64,000 bases of DNA from Acidobacteriota bacterium (GTDB lineage Bacteria; Acidobacteriota; UBA6911; RPQK01; JAJDTT01), in the NCBI GenBank assembly GCA_965209055.1, contig OZ242374.1, positions 1,056,001 to 1,120,000 on the forward strand, given 5' to 3'. The notes beneath the pieces were generated by a model. The model did no database searches. It saw only the letters and a program-made list of their open reading frames with translations, and was not told the origin of the DNA. Numbering within the stretch: the stretch's first letter is position 1; every line of letters begins with the position of its first letter. This document shows positions 27,914 to 37,960 of the stretch, in pieces. The position numbers were made by a program, and so were the translations under genes.

Positions 27914-29497
27914 GTGAACCTCATGGTCACGGTCAATATCGACGGACAGGACATCCAGGTCGAACCGGGCACCAACGTCCTGGAGGCGGCGGAGCGGTTG
28001 GGGGTGATGGTCCCCCGTTACTGCTACCACCCGGGGCTCAGCGTCGCCGGCAGTTGCCGCATGTGCGCCGTCGAGATCGAGGGCATGCCCAAGCTCCAGA
28101 TCTCCTGCCACACGCAGGTCCGGGCCGGCATGAAGGTCTCCACCGATTCGGCGCCGGTCGTCCGGATGCGCCAGGCCATGCTGGAGTTCCTGCTGGTCAA
28201 CCATCCACTCGACTGTCCCGTGTGCGACCAGTCGGGAGAGTGCGACCTCCAGAACTTCTACATGGAGCACGGCCTGCACGAGAGCCGGGTCTTCGAGGAC
28301 AAGATCAAGCGGAAGAAGGCGTTTCCCATCGGCCCCCACGTCATGCTGGACCAGGAGCGGTGCATCCTCTGCACCCGTTGCGTCCGCTTCTGCGAGGAGG
28401 TCTCGGAGAGCCACGAGCTGGGGGTCCTGGACCGGGGCGACCGGTCGGTCATCGACCTGTTTCCCGGCCGGGAGCTGGACAACAACTACTCGGGCAACGT
28501 CATCGACATCTGTCCGGTGGGGGCGTTGACCGAGCGGGAGTTCCGTTTCCAGTGCCGGGTCTGGTACCTGTCGCAGGAAGCGTCCATCTGCAACGGGTGT
28601 TCCCGAGGCTGCAACATCGCGGTCCACTTCAATACTCAGCGCAGCTACAAGGCCGACGGCCGGAGGGTGCAGAGGCTCAAGCCCAGGTTCAACCCGCTGG
28701 TGAACCGTTGGTGGATGTGCGACCAGGGCCGCTTCGGCTACGGGTTCGTCGACCGGGACCGCATCGAGAACCCCTGCCTGCGCGTTGGAGGGGAACTCCA
28801 GCCTCGCGCCTGGGACGAGGTTCTGGAGGAGGTGGCCACCGCTTTGCGGGCCGCCGTCGAGAAGTTCGGCGGGGAGGGACTGGGCGTCATCGCTTCTCCC
28901 CAGCAATCCAACGAGGAGCTCTACCTGGTCCGGAAGTTGTTCCGGGAGTTGCTGGGCGTCGCCCGAATCCCGTTCCGGAATCCCTGGGAGGAAGAGTCGG
29001 CGGCGGACGGAATCCTGCTGCTGGAAGACCGGAACCCCAACGGCCGCGGCGCCGCCGATCTGGGACTGCGGGGAGATGCCCAGCGGACCCTGGAGGACGC
29101 GGCGGCGGGTGCGGTGAAAATCCTCTACGTCTTCGGGCATGACTTCGATTCGGACCAGGCCCGGGAGTTGATCCGCCGGGCCGAATACGTGGTGTTTCAG
29201 GGGGCCAATTGGAACTCCACCGCCCGAATGGCCCACGCCGTCCTGCCCGGCGCCACCCACATGGAGAAGGAAGGGACGTTCACCAATTTCGAGGGACGGG
29301 TTCAGCACTTTGCCGAGGCGCTGCCGCCGCTGGGAGAGTCCAGGCCGGACCTGGAGATCCTGTGCGATCTGGCCCAGCGGTTGGGCCATGGCCTGTTGCA
29401 CCCCGAACCCGAGGATCTCTTCTCCGAGTGGCGGGGCAAGAGCTACCAGGACCTGGGAGAGTTCGGGGAGGTCCTCGGCCCGGGCGGCGCCGGCTGA
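27914..29497 (+). CDS. nuoG: NADH-quinone oxidoreductase subunit G (short form, 527 aa)
   Basis: CYHPGLSVAGSCRMC, HPLDCPVCDQSGEC.LQ, RCILCTRCVRFC, DICPVGAL, CNGCSRGC. Confidence 0.93.
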   Translation: MNLMVTVNIDGQDIQVEPGTNVLEAAERLGVMVPRYCYHPGLSVAGSCRMCAVEIEGMPKLQISCHTQVRAGMKVSTDSAPVVRMRQAMLEFLLVNHPLDCPVCDQSGECDLQNFYMEHGLHESRVFEDKIKRKKAFPIGPHVMLDQERCILCTRCVRFCEEVSESHELGVLDRGDRSVIDLFPGRELDNNYSGNVIDICPVGALTEREFRFQCRVWYLSQEASICNGCSRGCNIAVHFNTQRSYKADGRRVQRLKPRFNPLVNRWWMCDQGRFGYGFVDRDRIENPCLRVGGELQPRAWDEVLEEVATALRAAVEKFGGEGLGVIASPQQSNEELYLVRKLFRELLGVARIPFRNPWEEESAADGILLLEDRNPNGRGAADLGLRGDAQRTLEDAAAGAVKILYVFGHDFDSDQARELIRRAEYVVFQGANWNSTARMAHAVLPGATHMEKEGTFTNFEGRVQHFAEALPPLGESRPDLEILCDLAQRLGHGLLHPEPEDLFSEWRGKSYQDLGEFGEVLGPGGAG

Positions 29498-29520
29498 CGG
29501 GGGGCCCGCACGCGAACAAG

Positions 29521-30606
29521 ATGAGCACCCTGATCGTTCTGGCCAAGGTCTTCTTCCTTTTCAACGTGGTCATGGGCTTCGTCTATCTGCTCACCTGGCT
29601 GGAGCGGAAGCAGAGCGCCGTGATGCAGGATCGAATCGGCGCCAACCGAGCCAGCATCTTCGGGCTGCGCGCGCTGGGACTCTTTCACCCCATTGCCGAC
29701 GCCCTCAAGATGCTGACCAAGGAAGATTTCATCCCCAAGCAGGGGAACCGCCTGGTCCATACGCTGGCTCCCATCATCGCCCTTTTTTTCGCCCTGGTGA
29801 GCTTCGCCGTCATACCCTTCGGCGGCATCTACGAATGGGGGGGGCACACGGTGTCGCTCCAGATCCTGGATCTGAACGTGGGCCTGCTCTACGTGTTGGC
29901 CACCATGAGCATGGGGATCTACGGCTTCGTTCTCGCCGGCTGGTCTTCCGCCAACAATTTCGCCCTGCTGGGAGGCCTGAGAGCCGCCAGCCAGATGATC
30001 GCCTACGAAATCACCCTGGGCGCCACCCTCATCGGCCTGCTCATGGTCTTCGGGACGCTCCATCTCCAGGAAATGGTGCTCCAGCAGGGTGAGCTGTTGC
30101 TCGGCTGGCTCCCCCGCTGGGGAATCGTCCTGCAGCCGCTGGGCTTCATCCTGTTCACCACCGCCGCGCTGGCCGAGACCAAGCGCGTCCCCTTCGACAT
30201 TCCGGAAGGGGAATCGGAGATCATCGGGTATTTCGTCGAATACAGCGGAATGAAGTTCGGCATGTTCTTCACCGCCGACTTCGTGGAGACGGTGCTGGCG
30301 GCTTCGCTGGTCACCACCCTGTTTCTGGGGGGCTGGCAGGTGCCGTACCTTGCGGCGGGCGGATTCGAGTTTCCGTGGGGCGCCGCCTGGCCTCTGCCCC
30401 AGGCCGTGGTGCTGCTGCTCCAGGTCGGCGCGTTTCTTTTCAAGGTCTCGGTCTTCTGCTTCATCTTCATGCTCATCCGCTGGACCCTCCCCCGTTTCCG
30501 GTGGGACCAGCTCCTGAGACTGGGTTGGACCATGGTGCTGCCCCTCTCCATCCTCAACATCCTGGTGACGGGAGTGGTCCTCCTGTGGCAGGAGGCGAGC
30601 TTGTGA
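29521..30606 (+). CDS. nuoH: NADH-quinone oxidoreductase subunit H
   Basis: WLERK...QDRIG, ADALKMLTKED, AETKRVPFDIPEGESE, EYSGMKF, RWTLPRFRWDQL. Confidence 0.96.
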   Translation: MSTLIVLAKVFFLFNVVMGFVYLLTWLERKQSAVMQDRIGANRASIFGLRALGLFHPIADALKMLTKEDFIPKQGNRLVHTLAPIIALFFALVSFAVIPFGGIYEWGGHTVSLQILDLNVGLLYVLATMSMGIYGFVLAGWSSANNFALLGGLRAASQMIAYEITLGATLIGLLMVFGTLHLQEMVLQQGELLLGWLPRWGIVLQPLGFILFTTAALAETKRVPFDIPEGESEIIGYFVEYSGMKFGMFFTADFVETVLAASLVTTLFLGGWQVPYLAAGGFEFPWGAAWPLPQAVVLLLQVGAFLFKVSVFCFIFMLIRWTLPRFRWDQLLRLGWTMVLPLSILNILVTGVVLLWQEASL

Positions 30607-30690
30607 CGAAGCGCCTGTCTTGCAGACGGAGAGGCAGTCGGCGTAGTCTCACGGAGTGCGGACCGCCAGGGAAATGAACGGGAACTGATC

Positions 30691-31218
30691 ATGGCCATCA
30701 AGAAGGTCGAGGCCAGGCTGAGTTTCTGGGAATCCACCTATCTTCCGGAGATCCTGAAGGGACTCCGGCTCACCGCGCGCCATTTCTTCCGCAACCTCCT
30801 GGTCCACATGGCCCACCGGGTGGGTTTGGCGCGGCATCTCCGCGGCGCCGAGACCTATCAGTATCCGGAAGAGCGGCGGCCGCTGGCGTCCCGGCTGCGG
30901 ACCCTGCATCGGCTGACCCGGAGGGACGATGGATCGCCCCGGTGCGTGGCCTGCATGATGTGCGAGACGGCCTGCCCCGCCCGCTGCATCTACATCGTGG
31001 CCGGCGAGCACCCCAATCCCCAGATCGAAAAGTACCCGGTGCGTTTCGACATCGACCTGGGCCTGTGCGTCTTCTGCGGTTACTGCGTGGAGGCGTGTCC
31101 CGAGGACGCGATCCGGATGGACACGGGAATTCTGGAGTTCTCCTCCTACTCGCGGGAAGGGATGATCTACGACATGGAGAAGCTCCTGGAGCATTCACCC
31201 GCGCCGCAAAAGGATTGA
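30691..31218 (+). CDS. nuoI: NADH-quinone oxidoreductase subunit I
   Basis: TYQYPEE, CVACMMCETACP, CVFCGYCVEACP. Confidence 0.95.
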   Translation: MAIKKVEARLSFWESTYLPEILKGLRLTARHFFRNLLVHMAHRVGLARHLRGAETYQYPEERRPLASRLRTLHRLTRRDDGSPRCVACMMCETACPARCIYIVAGEHPNPQIEKYPVRFDIDLGLCVFCGYCVEACPEDAIRMDTGILEFSSYSREGMIYDMEKLLEHSPAPQKD

Positions 31219-31231
31219 TTCCTGCCGCCTT

Positions 31232-31852
31232 TCAGCCGAACACTCGCTGGAAGGAGCGCCAGTAGACCTCCTTGACCTCCTCCATGGCCGGCGCGGCTCC
31301 CGCCTCGGCCGCCAGGGAAGTCACCGGGCAGCCCGCCATGCCGCAGGGGTTGATCAACTGGAAGTACCTCATGTCGGGGTTCAGGTTCAGGGCGAAACCG
31401 TGCATCGTCACCCAGCGGCGCACGCCCACGCCGATGGACCCCAACTTGCCGCGCCGGGTCCAGATGCCGGTCAGGCCCTCCCGGCGGAACGCCTGAACCC
31501 CGAAATGGGCGGCCGTGTCCAGCAGGCTCTGCTCCAGGGTCCGCAGGAACAACCCCACGTCGCGTCCCCGTCCCCGCAGGTCCAGATGCGGGTACCCTAC
31601 CAGTTGCCCCGGCCCGTGATAAGTCACGTCGCCGCCGCGATTGATTCGAACCAGGTCGATGGCATGCCCGTCGGGATCCAAGGAAGCCAACAGGTTCCGG
31701 GCGTTCCCCCCGCTCCCCACCGTAAACACATGGGGATGCACGACCAGGTGGAGCGTCTCCTCCTGGCGGCCGGCCGCAACCCGGCGGACCGACTCGTCCT
31801 GAAGCGCATAGGCCTCCGCAAATGGCAGCACCCCCAGGTCATGCAGAATCAC
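31232..31852 (-). CDS. lipB: Octanoyltransferase LipB
   Basis: HPHVFTVG, RGGDVTYHGPGQLVGYP, KLGSIG, VTMHGFALN, INPCG. Confidence 0.96.
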   Translation of the reverse strand: MILHDLGVLPFAEAYALQDESVRRVAAGRQEETLHLVVHPHVFTVGSGGNARNLLASLDPDGHAIDLVRINRGGDVTYHGPGQLVGYPHLDLRGRGRDVGLFLRTLEQSLLDTAAHFGVQAFRREGLTGIWTRRGKLGSIGVGVRRWVTMHGFALNLNPDMRYFQLINPCGMAGCPVTSLAAEAGAAPAMEEVKEVYWRSFQRVFG

Positions 31853-31871
31853 GTGAGAATCTTAGCATCGG

Positions 31872-31960
31872 GGAACGGCGACATGGAGCGGCGACATGGA
31901 GCGGCGACATCCCTGTCGCCGAGGGGGGGTTAGGGGGGACGCAGTCCCCCCTGTACACTT
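31872..31960 (+). repeat. Composite REP-like repeat with a stuttered 13-bp unit (GGAGCGGCGACAT, about x3) and GGGGGGAC-GCA-GTCCCCCC hairpin
   Basis: Same architecture as 38928-39083; core reads GGGGACGCA (1-nt deletion versus GGGGACGGCA). Confidence 0.8.
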
Positions 31961-32048
31961 CCTCTCCCCCCTCCCAAACCGCCGTCCCGCCAATTTTTGT
32001 TAAATTGTCCGCTCCCGGGATAAGCGGCGGGGGCACGACACCGAGTCA

Positions 32049-34379
32049 ATGACCAAGATCAACAAGCTCATCAACCAGGAGATCACGCCGCCTTTCCTGA
32101 TCACGCTCCTGTTTCTCACCTTTGCCGTCCTGACCCGGGAGTTCGGCCGCCTGACCGAGATCCTCATCCGAGCCGACGCTCCCATCCTGACGGTCGTCAG
32201 GACCGTGCTCTCGATACTTCCCAGCATCCTGGTCTTCAGCGTTCCCCTCTCCTTCCTCATCGGGACGCTGATCGGATTCAGCCGCCTCTCCACCGACAGC
32301 GAGATCGTTGCCATGCGAGCCTGCGGCATCGGCATCCACCGGATGGTGCGCCATGTGGTCAACATCGGGTTGCTGGTGAGCCTGCTCACGCTGGGGCTGA
32401 CGCTGGTGGCGCTGCCGGCCGGGAACTGGAGCCTGCAGACGCTCCGTCATGAGATGGGGGTCCAGCCGGTCCTTTCCCGGATCAAGCCGCGCGTCTTCTA
32501 CGAAGGGTTGCCGGGGGGGGCCGTGCTCTACGCCGCCGACGTGGATCTGAGAAACGGTTTCTGGAACGGAGTCTTTCTTTCCAACGGCAACGACGCGGAG
32601 ACGGAAATCGTCCTTTCCCGGGGCGGAGAGGCCCTGATCGACCAGGACAAGCGCCGGATTCAACTGCACCTCAAGAACGGGCTGCGCTACAAGACCCCGC
32701 GGGACGCTCCCGAAAAAATGACGCTGACCCGGTTTCGCGTTCTGGACTTCGCCCTCCAACTTCCTCCCGTGGAAGAGAGCTCGAACGGTCCCAAGCGCCC
32801 CGAAGACAAGGCGCCGATCCAACTCTGGAGGGAGATCCGAGGCGATCCTGGCGCCACGCGGGACCAGAGTTGGCTGGAGTTGAACCGCCGGTTGGCGCTG
32901 GCGGTTTCGCCGATCATCTTCGCCGTGCTGGGAGTCGCCCTGGGCGCCCGCAATCATCGCGGCGGGCGCGGCTACGGACTGGTGGCCAGCGTGGTGGTGG
33001 CGCTGGCCTACTATGTCCTCTTCGCCACCGGCTTCGAATTGGCCCGCGGCGGAATGCTGCATCCCCTGGCCGGCGTGTGGGGAACCAACCTGTTGACCGG
33101 TCTGCTGGCTTGGGCGGCGTTCCGTTACGGCGCCCTGGATGCCCGGCCGTTGCGCTGGCGGCACGTCTACCCCCGCCTGGACCGGAGGTTGACCCGGGCC
33201 GCCCGCGCATTGCGGCGGGTGCTCTCCAGGATCCGAAGCAGCACCGCCTTCCAACCGCGACGGTCCCGCCTGGTCCAGATGAGGCCCAGGACGGCTCGCG
33301 TCATCGATCTGTACCTGGTGAAGACCTTTCTCCTCTACTCCGTCCTCGCCCTCTCGGTCACGATGGCGCTCTTCTATCTCTTCACCTTTTTCGACCTCAT
33401 CGACGACGTCCTGGAAAACGACCGTCCCTACGGCTTGTTGGCCTCCTACTTCTTCTACCTGGCGCCGCACATCCTCATGTTGCTGGTGCCCCTTTCCATT
33501 CTCATCGGGACCCTCGTCACCTTCGGCCTGCTGGACAAGACGGGGCAGATCACGGCGCTCAAGGCCTGCGGCGTCAGCGTCTACCGCGTCAGCTTGTCGG
33601 TGCTGGGGATGACTCTGCTGGTCGGGAGCTTCCTCTACGTGCTTCAGGAATACGTCCTTCCCTACGCCAACCAGCGGCAGGACAGCCTGCGCACCATCAT
33701 CAAGGGCCGTCCCGCCCAGACGTTCTACCAGCAGGGGCGGAACTGGATCTTCGGAGAGGGGAAGCGGCTCTACCACTACAACTATTTCGACGTCCACCGG
33801 GGCTTGTTCGGCGATCTCTCCATCCTGGATCTGGACATTCAGACCGGAAGGCTGAAACGGCACGTCTACTCTCAGAAGGCCGTCTGGGACCGGAGCGCCG
33901 GCCGTTGGGTCCTGTCCCAGGGTTGGATCCGCGACCTGGAACACCCGGATCGAAAGGACTTCATCCGGTTCGAGAGCCGTGACTTCGAATTGAGCGAGGG
34001 CCCCGAGTACTTCGCCCGTGAAGTGAAGGAATCCAGCAAGATGACCTACCCGGAGCTGAGCCGGTACATCCGGGACCTGCAGCAGGGGGGCTTCGAGGTG
34101 GACCACCTGAAGACGGATCTCTACACCAAGGTCTCCCTGCCCCTGGTCACGCCCATCATGGCCATTCTGGGCATCCCCTTCGCCTTCTCCATGGGCCGAA
34201 AAGGGGCGCTCTACGGCATTGCCGCCGGCGTGCTCATCGGGATCTGCTACTGGGGCGCCTTCGGAGTCTTCGGCATGATGGGCGCCAACGGCCTGCTCTC
34301 CCCGCTGCTGGCCGCCTGGGGGCCCAACTTCCTGTTCGGTTCCGGCGCCATTCTCCTGTTTTCCATGGTCCGAACTTGA
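32049..34379 (+). CDS. Fused LptF-LptG LPS export ABC permease
   Basis: Two tandem YjgP/YjgQ modules (RLSTDSEIVAMRACG; GQITALKACGVS), ends PLLAAWGPNFLF. Confidence 0.9.
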   Translation: MTKINKLINQEITPPFLITLLFLTFAVLTREFGRLTEILIRADAPILTVVRTVLSILPSILVFSVPLSFLIGTLIGFSRLSTDSEIVAMRACGIGIHRMVRHVVNIGLLVSLLTLGLTLVALPAGNWSLQTLRHEMGVQPVLSRIKPRVFYEGLPGGAVLYAADVDLRNGFWNGVFLSNGNDAETEIVLSRGGEALIDQDKRRIQLHLKNGLRYKTPRDAPEKMTLTRFRVLDFALQLPPVEESSNGPKRPEDKAPIQLWREIRGDPGATRDQSWLELNRRLALAVSPIIFAVLGVALGARNHRGGRGYGLVASVVVALAYYVLFATGFELARGGMLHPLAGVWGTNLLTGLLAWAAFRYGALDARPLRWRHVYPRLDRRLTRAARALRRVLSRIRSSTAFQPRRSRLVQMRPRTARVIDLYLVKTFLLYSVLALSVTMALFYLFTFFDLIDDVLENDRPYGLLASYFFYLAPHILMLLVPLSILIGTLVTFGLLDKTGQITALKACGVSVYRVSLSVLGMTLLVGSFLYVLQEYVLPYANQRQDSLRTIIKGRPAQTFYQQGRNWIFGEGKRLYHYNYFDVHRGLFGDLSILDLDIQTGRLKRHVYSQKAVWDRSAGRWVLSQGWIRDLEHPDRKDFIRFESRDFELSEGPEYFAREVKESSKMTYPELSRYIRDLQQGGFEVDHLKTDLYTKVSLPLVTPIMAILGIPFAFSMGRKGALYGIAAGVLIGICYWGAFGVFGMMGANGLLSPLLAAWGPNFLFGSGAILLFSMVRT

Positions 34380-34403
34380 GACCATCTTCCGGGCGGTGCT
34401 GAA

Positions 34404-35204
34404 ATGGGAACGGTGAGTCGAGCTCGGAGGAAGCCCGAGGGCTTTCAGATCATTGCCCACGAACGGACCTTCTTCAAGGTCCTGGACCTCATGGACCGCC
34501 TGCCCCGCGGCAAGGTCCTGGACATTCCGTCCGGCGAGGGAGGAATCTCCCACTGCCTGCGGGAGATGGGTTTCCGGGTGGTGGCGGCGGACCTGGACCC
34601 GGGGTTCTTCAAGTGCGCCGGGGTGGAGTGCCGGGGACTGGACATGAACCGTCCCCTGGACCTGCCGGACGAGTCGTTCGACTACGTGGTCTGCCTGGAG
34701 GGGATCGAGCATCTGGAGCATCCCTACCGCTTCATCCGGGAATGCCACCGGGTCCTCAAGTGGCGGGGCAGGCTCATTCTGTCCACACCCAACATCCTGA
34801 ACTCGGCATCCCGGCTGAAGTATTTCCTGACCGGGTTCTATTCCCTCTGTCCCCGGCCTCTGAACGAGTTCGTCCATACGCCCGTCTTCGACCACATCAA
34901 CCCCATGACCTACTACCAGCTCCGGTACGGGCTCCACAGCAGCGGCTTTCGGATCACCCGGGCCACCACCGACCTCTGGCGCCGCTCCTGCTGGCCGCTG
35001 CTCCTCTTCTACCCGTTTCAGCGGCTCTACTCCATCCGGACCATGCGCAAGGAGGCCGACCCCCGCCAGCGGGAGGCCAACAAGGACGTGCGCCGGGCCA
35101 TGCACAGCCTGGATCTGCTGGCCGGCCGCACGCTGGTGCTGGAAGCGGTGAAGGATCATGCTCCCGGGATCGAGAGGATCGACGCCTCCGAAGCGAGGTC
35201 GTAG
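34404..35204 (+). CDS. Class I SAM-dependent methyltransferase
   Basis: VLDIPSGEG, ESFDYVVCLEGIEHL, RVLK..G.LILSTPN. Confidence 0.9.
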   Translation: MGTVSRARRKPEGFQIIAHERTFFKVLDLMDRLPRGKVLDIPSGEGGISHCLREMGFRVVAADLDPGFFKCAGVECRGLDMNRPLDLPDESFDYVVCLEGIEHLEHPYRFIRECHRVLKWRGRLILSTPNILNSASRLKYFLTGFYSLCPRPLNEFVHTPVFDHINPMTYYQLRYGLHSSGFRITRATTDLWRRSCWPLLLFYPFQRLYSIRTMRKEADPRQREANKDVRRAMHSLDLLAGRTLVLEAVKDHAPGIERIDASEARS

Positions 35205-35283
35205 GAGTGGCGACATTCCTGTCGCCCGCGCGGAGGGGCGACTTTCCTGTCGCCCACCGGGAGGGGCGACTTTCCTGTCGCCC
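35204..35283 (+). repeat. Three tandem REP-like palindromes (28-bp period)
   Basis: GGAG(T/G)GGCGAC(A/T)TTCCTGTCGCCC at 35204, 35232 and 35260. Confidence 0.9.
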
Positions 35284-35461
35284 GCCGGGAAGGACGATCT
35301 CCTGACCCGGCATAGCCGGAACCAGGAAACCTTCGGATTCTGATTTCTTCATGAACGTCCACGAGGAGAGACGTCATGAAGAACCCGTTTGTTCAGCTTT
35401 TCCGGATCCTCAATATGCCCCGGGCCAGGGGAGAGAGCTTCCAGGAAGAAAGTTGTCCGGC

Positions 35462-37960
35462 TTACTTTGCAGCGAGCCACCAGGAGGCTCCGAAGGCCGA
35501 GTTTGGGGTGACGAATTTCAAGACGAATTGAGCTGTCGTGACGAACGTACGGTTTGCCGTCTCCTTCTCCACCACCACGGTGCCGCCGATGAACGACCGC
35601 TTGTCCTGAGAAGGAACGCCATCGGGAATCTCGATTGAACTGTCGGATGGATCTCCGTCTCCGAAGTCCTCCGTGCATGTCACCTGGGTGCGCTGGAACG
35701 CCACCCATCCCGGCGAGGCATTCATTGCCGGGTCGAGGAGGGTTTCAAGACCGGCAAAATCTTTCGTCCCCTCGGTTGCCGAAGGGACGATCTCCGTAAG
35801 GTCGGCCAGACTCCAACCCTCCACCCGGTCATTCCCACGGCACTCCGCCACCGACGCATTCGGCCTGACTCCGATGCCATCGACCAGGATATGGAGTCCC
35901 GCTGGGGGCTCAGGCGCGGGGAATCCACCGAACACCGGTTCAACCAGATAGGGGTCCGGCAATGTGTTTCCCATCGCGTCGAAAAGCATCACTTTGTAGA
36001 GGGTCTTGGCGGCAATGAGTTGGTACTCGCCGGGGTCTCCGTAGTCGTCCGCCACCGACAGGAACTCGACCCGCTGATTCTTGTGAGCGCGCCCATGCAG
36101 AGACGACGACAGCAACGCGCCACCGTTGACGACCCGGTTGTTCTCCGAGGGGGTCGGTTCCAGCGCAACCGGCGGTCCGCTGCCGCTATCGTCTGCCCGG
36201 TTGTCGTCGTCCGTTGCGGCGTTATCCCCCTCTGCACCACCGTGCAGCATCGGCGCCAGGCGGGTGTCGTCCGTTCCGTCAAGCACGGTGTAGGCGGAAT
36301 CGATCAGGCCGTGGGTCACGCTGTCGCGCCCGCGGGTGGTCCCGACAGCCGGCCGCACCAGAGCGTTCACACCCCAGGAGACGCCGCCGGTTTCGCTGGA
36401 AACCTGTGCCGCCGTGTGGTGTCCGAGCAGGTAGTTGAAGGCCACGGGCTCATAGTTGTGTACCGTCAAGGGGCCCACGTTCCTGGTTGTCGCATCGGCC
36501 TCGTTTTCCGTGGCGCCCGGTTCGTCCTCCCTGCAATCGAATACTCCTTGGGGTCCGTTCCCGGTGTACCCGAGACCCATGCCGTCGAGCGAAATATTTC
36601 CGCAATTGTCGATGTTGCCGGTCCCATGCATGCCTGCCGCCAGGAAGTCGGGGAAAAGTATGTTCGCCGTGTTCACGGTGTTGGTGCCGTTGCCGTCATC
36701 ATCGACCGAGTTTGCCCCCACCGCCGTAACCACGATCAGAAAACGGCCGGAATTGACACCGGGACGAAGATTTTCGTCCTCATCCGTGAAACTCGTCGCA
36801 GGCAGCTCGCCGAGCAAATCGCTCACGTTGGTGTAATTCTCGCCGTCCTCGTCGTCCGTGCCTGGAATGCTGTGGTCGAAGGGGTCGACCAGGGAGTTTC
36901 CGCCTCCCGGGATGACTCTCAGGTACCAGAGCACCGGCGCCAGCTCGTCGTTGTGGTACTGAACCAACACCGTAACCGCCCTGCCGTCGTTGACGTTGGC
37001 AACGGAGATGAAGTTCTTGTGGGCCATGTCGGCGATGAATAGCAACTGGGAACCCATGCCGGCGTCGACTCCCGGATCCGTCAGCCACTCTGGAGGTGGC
37101 GGATCCTCGTCGTCGAGGATCTCCAACGGCGTCCAGCTCGTCACATAAGTCGCCACTCCCGATTGTCGCAACACCCTCACGTACAACAACTTCTTAGGCT
37201 CGGGATCGTCCTCGTCGTTGTCCACCGCCGTGATGGTCACGAGCCCGGTGCTTGCCGTCGAACCCTGCGGGATCGTCAAAAGTAGATTCGTGCTCAGTGT
37301 GTAGTCGCTGGAATCCGCCCCCTCTCCCTCCGGCAATAAACCCACCTGAACTTGATACTCTACTGGTCCTCGCTCGGAGGGATGGCTCAGCTCCGCCGTG
37401 ACCGTGCAGATCCCCCCGTTCTCTTCGATAATCGAAGGCGTCAGTGTCGCCGTCGTCACGGGAGATTCCTCGTCATCCAGAATCAGGAACTCCCGAACCC
37501 CCCCCAACTGGGCATTGTTCGTTGTCACCTGAGCGTTTACCCGGAGTCGCTTGTGCGGGCGACTGTCCGCGTTGTCGTCCACCGCTGTGATGGTCACAAG
37601 CCCAGTGCTTGAGGTCGACTGCGGAGCAAACGTCAAAATCGTATTCGTGCTCAAAGTGAAGTCGCCATTGTCAGACGGTTCCAAGGCCTGAACATTCGTT
37701 TGCACGGAGATCGTCACCGACACCGCTGTTGACGACGCTTTGTCCATAGTCGCCGTTATGGTCATCACGCCACCGTTTTCGTGGATGATGCCGGTCAATC
37801 CGGCGGCGCCGCTTGTTGCAGTCAGCACCAGTGACACTGTCGGGAGATCCTGCGCCTCCGCCTCGACCGCTCCAATTCCGACGAGATGCGCCAGAATCAG
37901 CAACGGCTCCACGAATCGGATCAGGCGCGCACGATACTCACTGTCTGTGAAGATGGCCAT
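35462..37960 (-). CDS. Secreted acidic protein with two Calx-beta/Ig-like repeats and an unknown C-terminal region
   Basis: Signal-like hydrophobic stretch ending AEAQ; duplicated motif I.ENGG...VTA...DFTLSTN..LT....ST.STGLVTITAVD.....I.DDE. Confidence 0.75.
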   Translation of the reverse strand: MAIFTDSEYRARLIRFVEPLLILAHLVGIGAVEAEAQDLPTVSLVLTATSGAAGLTGIIHENGGVMTITATMDKASSTAVSVTISVQTNVQALEPSDNGDFTLSTNTILTFAPQSTSSTGLVTITAVDDNADSRPHKRLRVNAQVTTNNAQLGGVREFLILDDEESPVTTATLTPSIIEENGGICTVTAELSHPSERGPVEYQVQVGLLPEGEGADSSDYTLSTNLLLTIPQGSTASTGLVTITAVDNDEDDPEPKKLLYVRVLRQSGVATYVTSWTPLEILDDEDPPPPEWLTDPGVDAGMGSQLLFIADMAHKNFISVANVNDGRAVTVLVQYHNDELAPVLWYLRVIPGGGNSLVDPFDHSIPGTDDEDGENYTNVSDLLGELPATSFTDEDENLRPGVNSGRFLIVVTAVGANSVDDDGNGTNTVNTANILFPDFLAAGMHGTGNIDNCGNISLDGMGLGYTGNGPQGVFDCREDEPGATENEADATTRNVGPLTVHNYEPVAFNYLLGHHTAAQVSSETGGVSWGVNALVRPAVGTTRGRDSVTHGLIDSAYTVLDGTDDTRLAPMLHGGAEGDNAATDDDNRADDSGSGPPVALEPTPSENNRVVNGGALLSSSLHGRAHKNQRVEFLSVADDYGDPGEYQLIAAKTLYKVMLFDAMGNTLPDPYLVEPVFGGFPAPEPPAGLHILVDGIGVRPNASVAECRGNDRVEGWSLADLTEIVPSATEGTKDFAGLETLLDPAMNASPGWVAFQRTQVTCTEDFGDGDPSDSSIEIPDGVPSQDKRSFIGGTVVVEKETANRTFVTTAQFVLKFVTPNSAFGASWWLAAK

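Noticed and set aside
32046-35216. Long antisense ORFs (also 50454-52604, 52570-55356, 56430-59456, 8475-10163 and others)
   Set aside because: Shadow ORFs typical of high-GC DNA, lying opposite genes with clear motifs
35204-35283. Mini-CRISPR from palindromic repeats
   Set aside because: The spacers are only 4 bp; the unit belongs to the dispersed REP-like family
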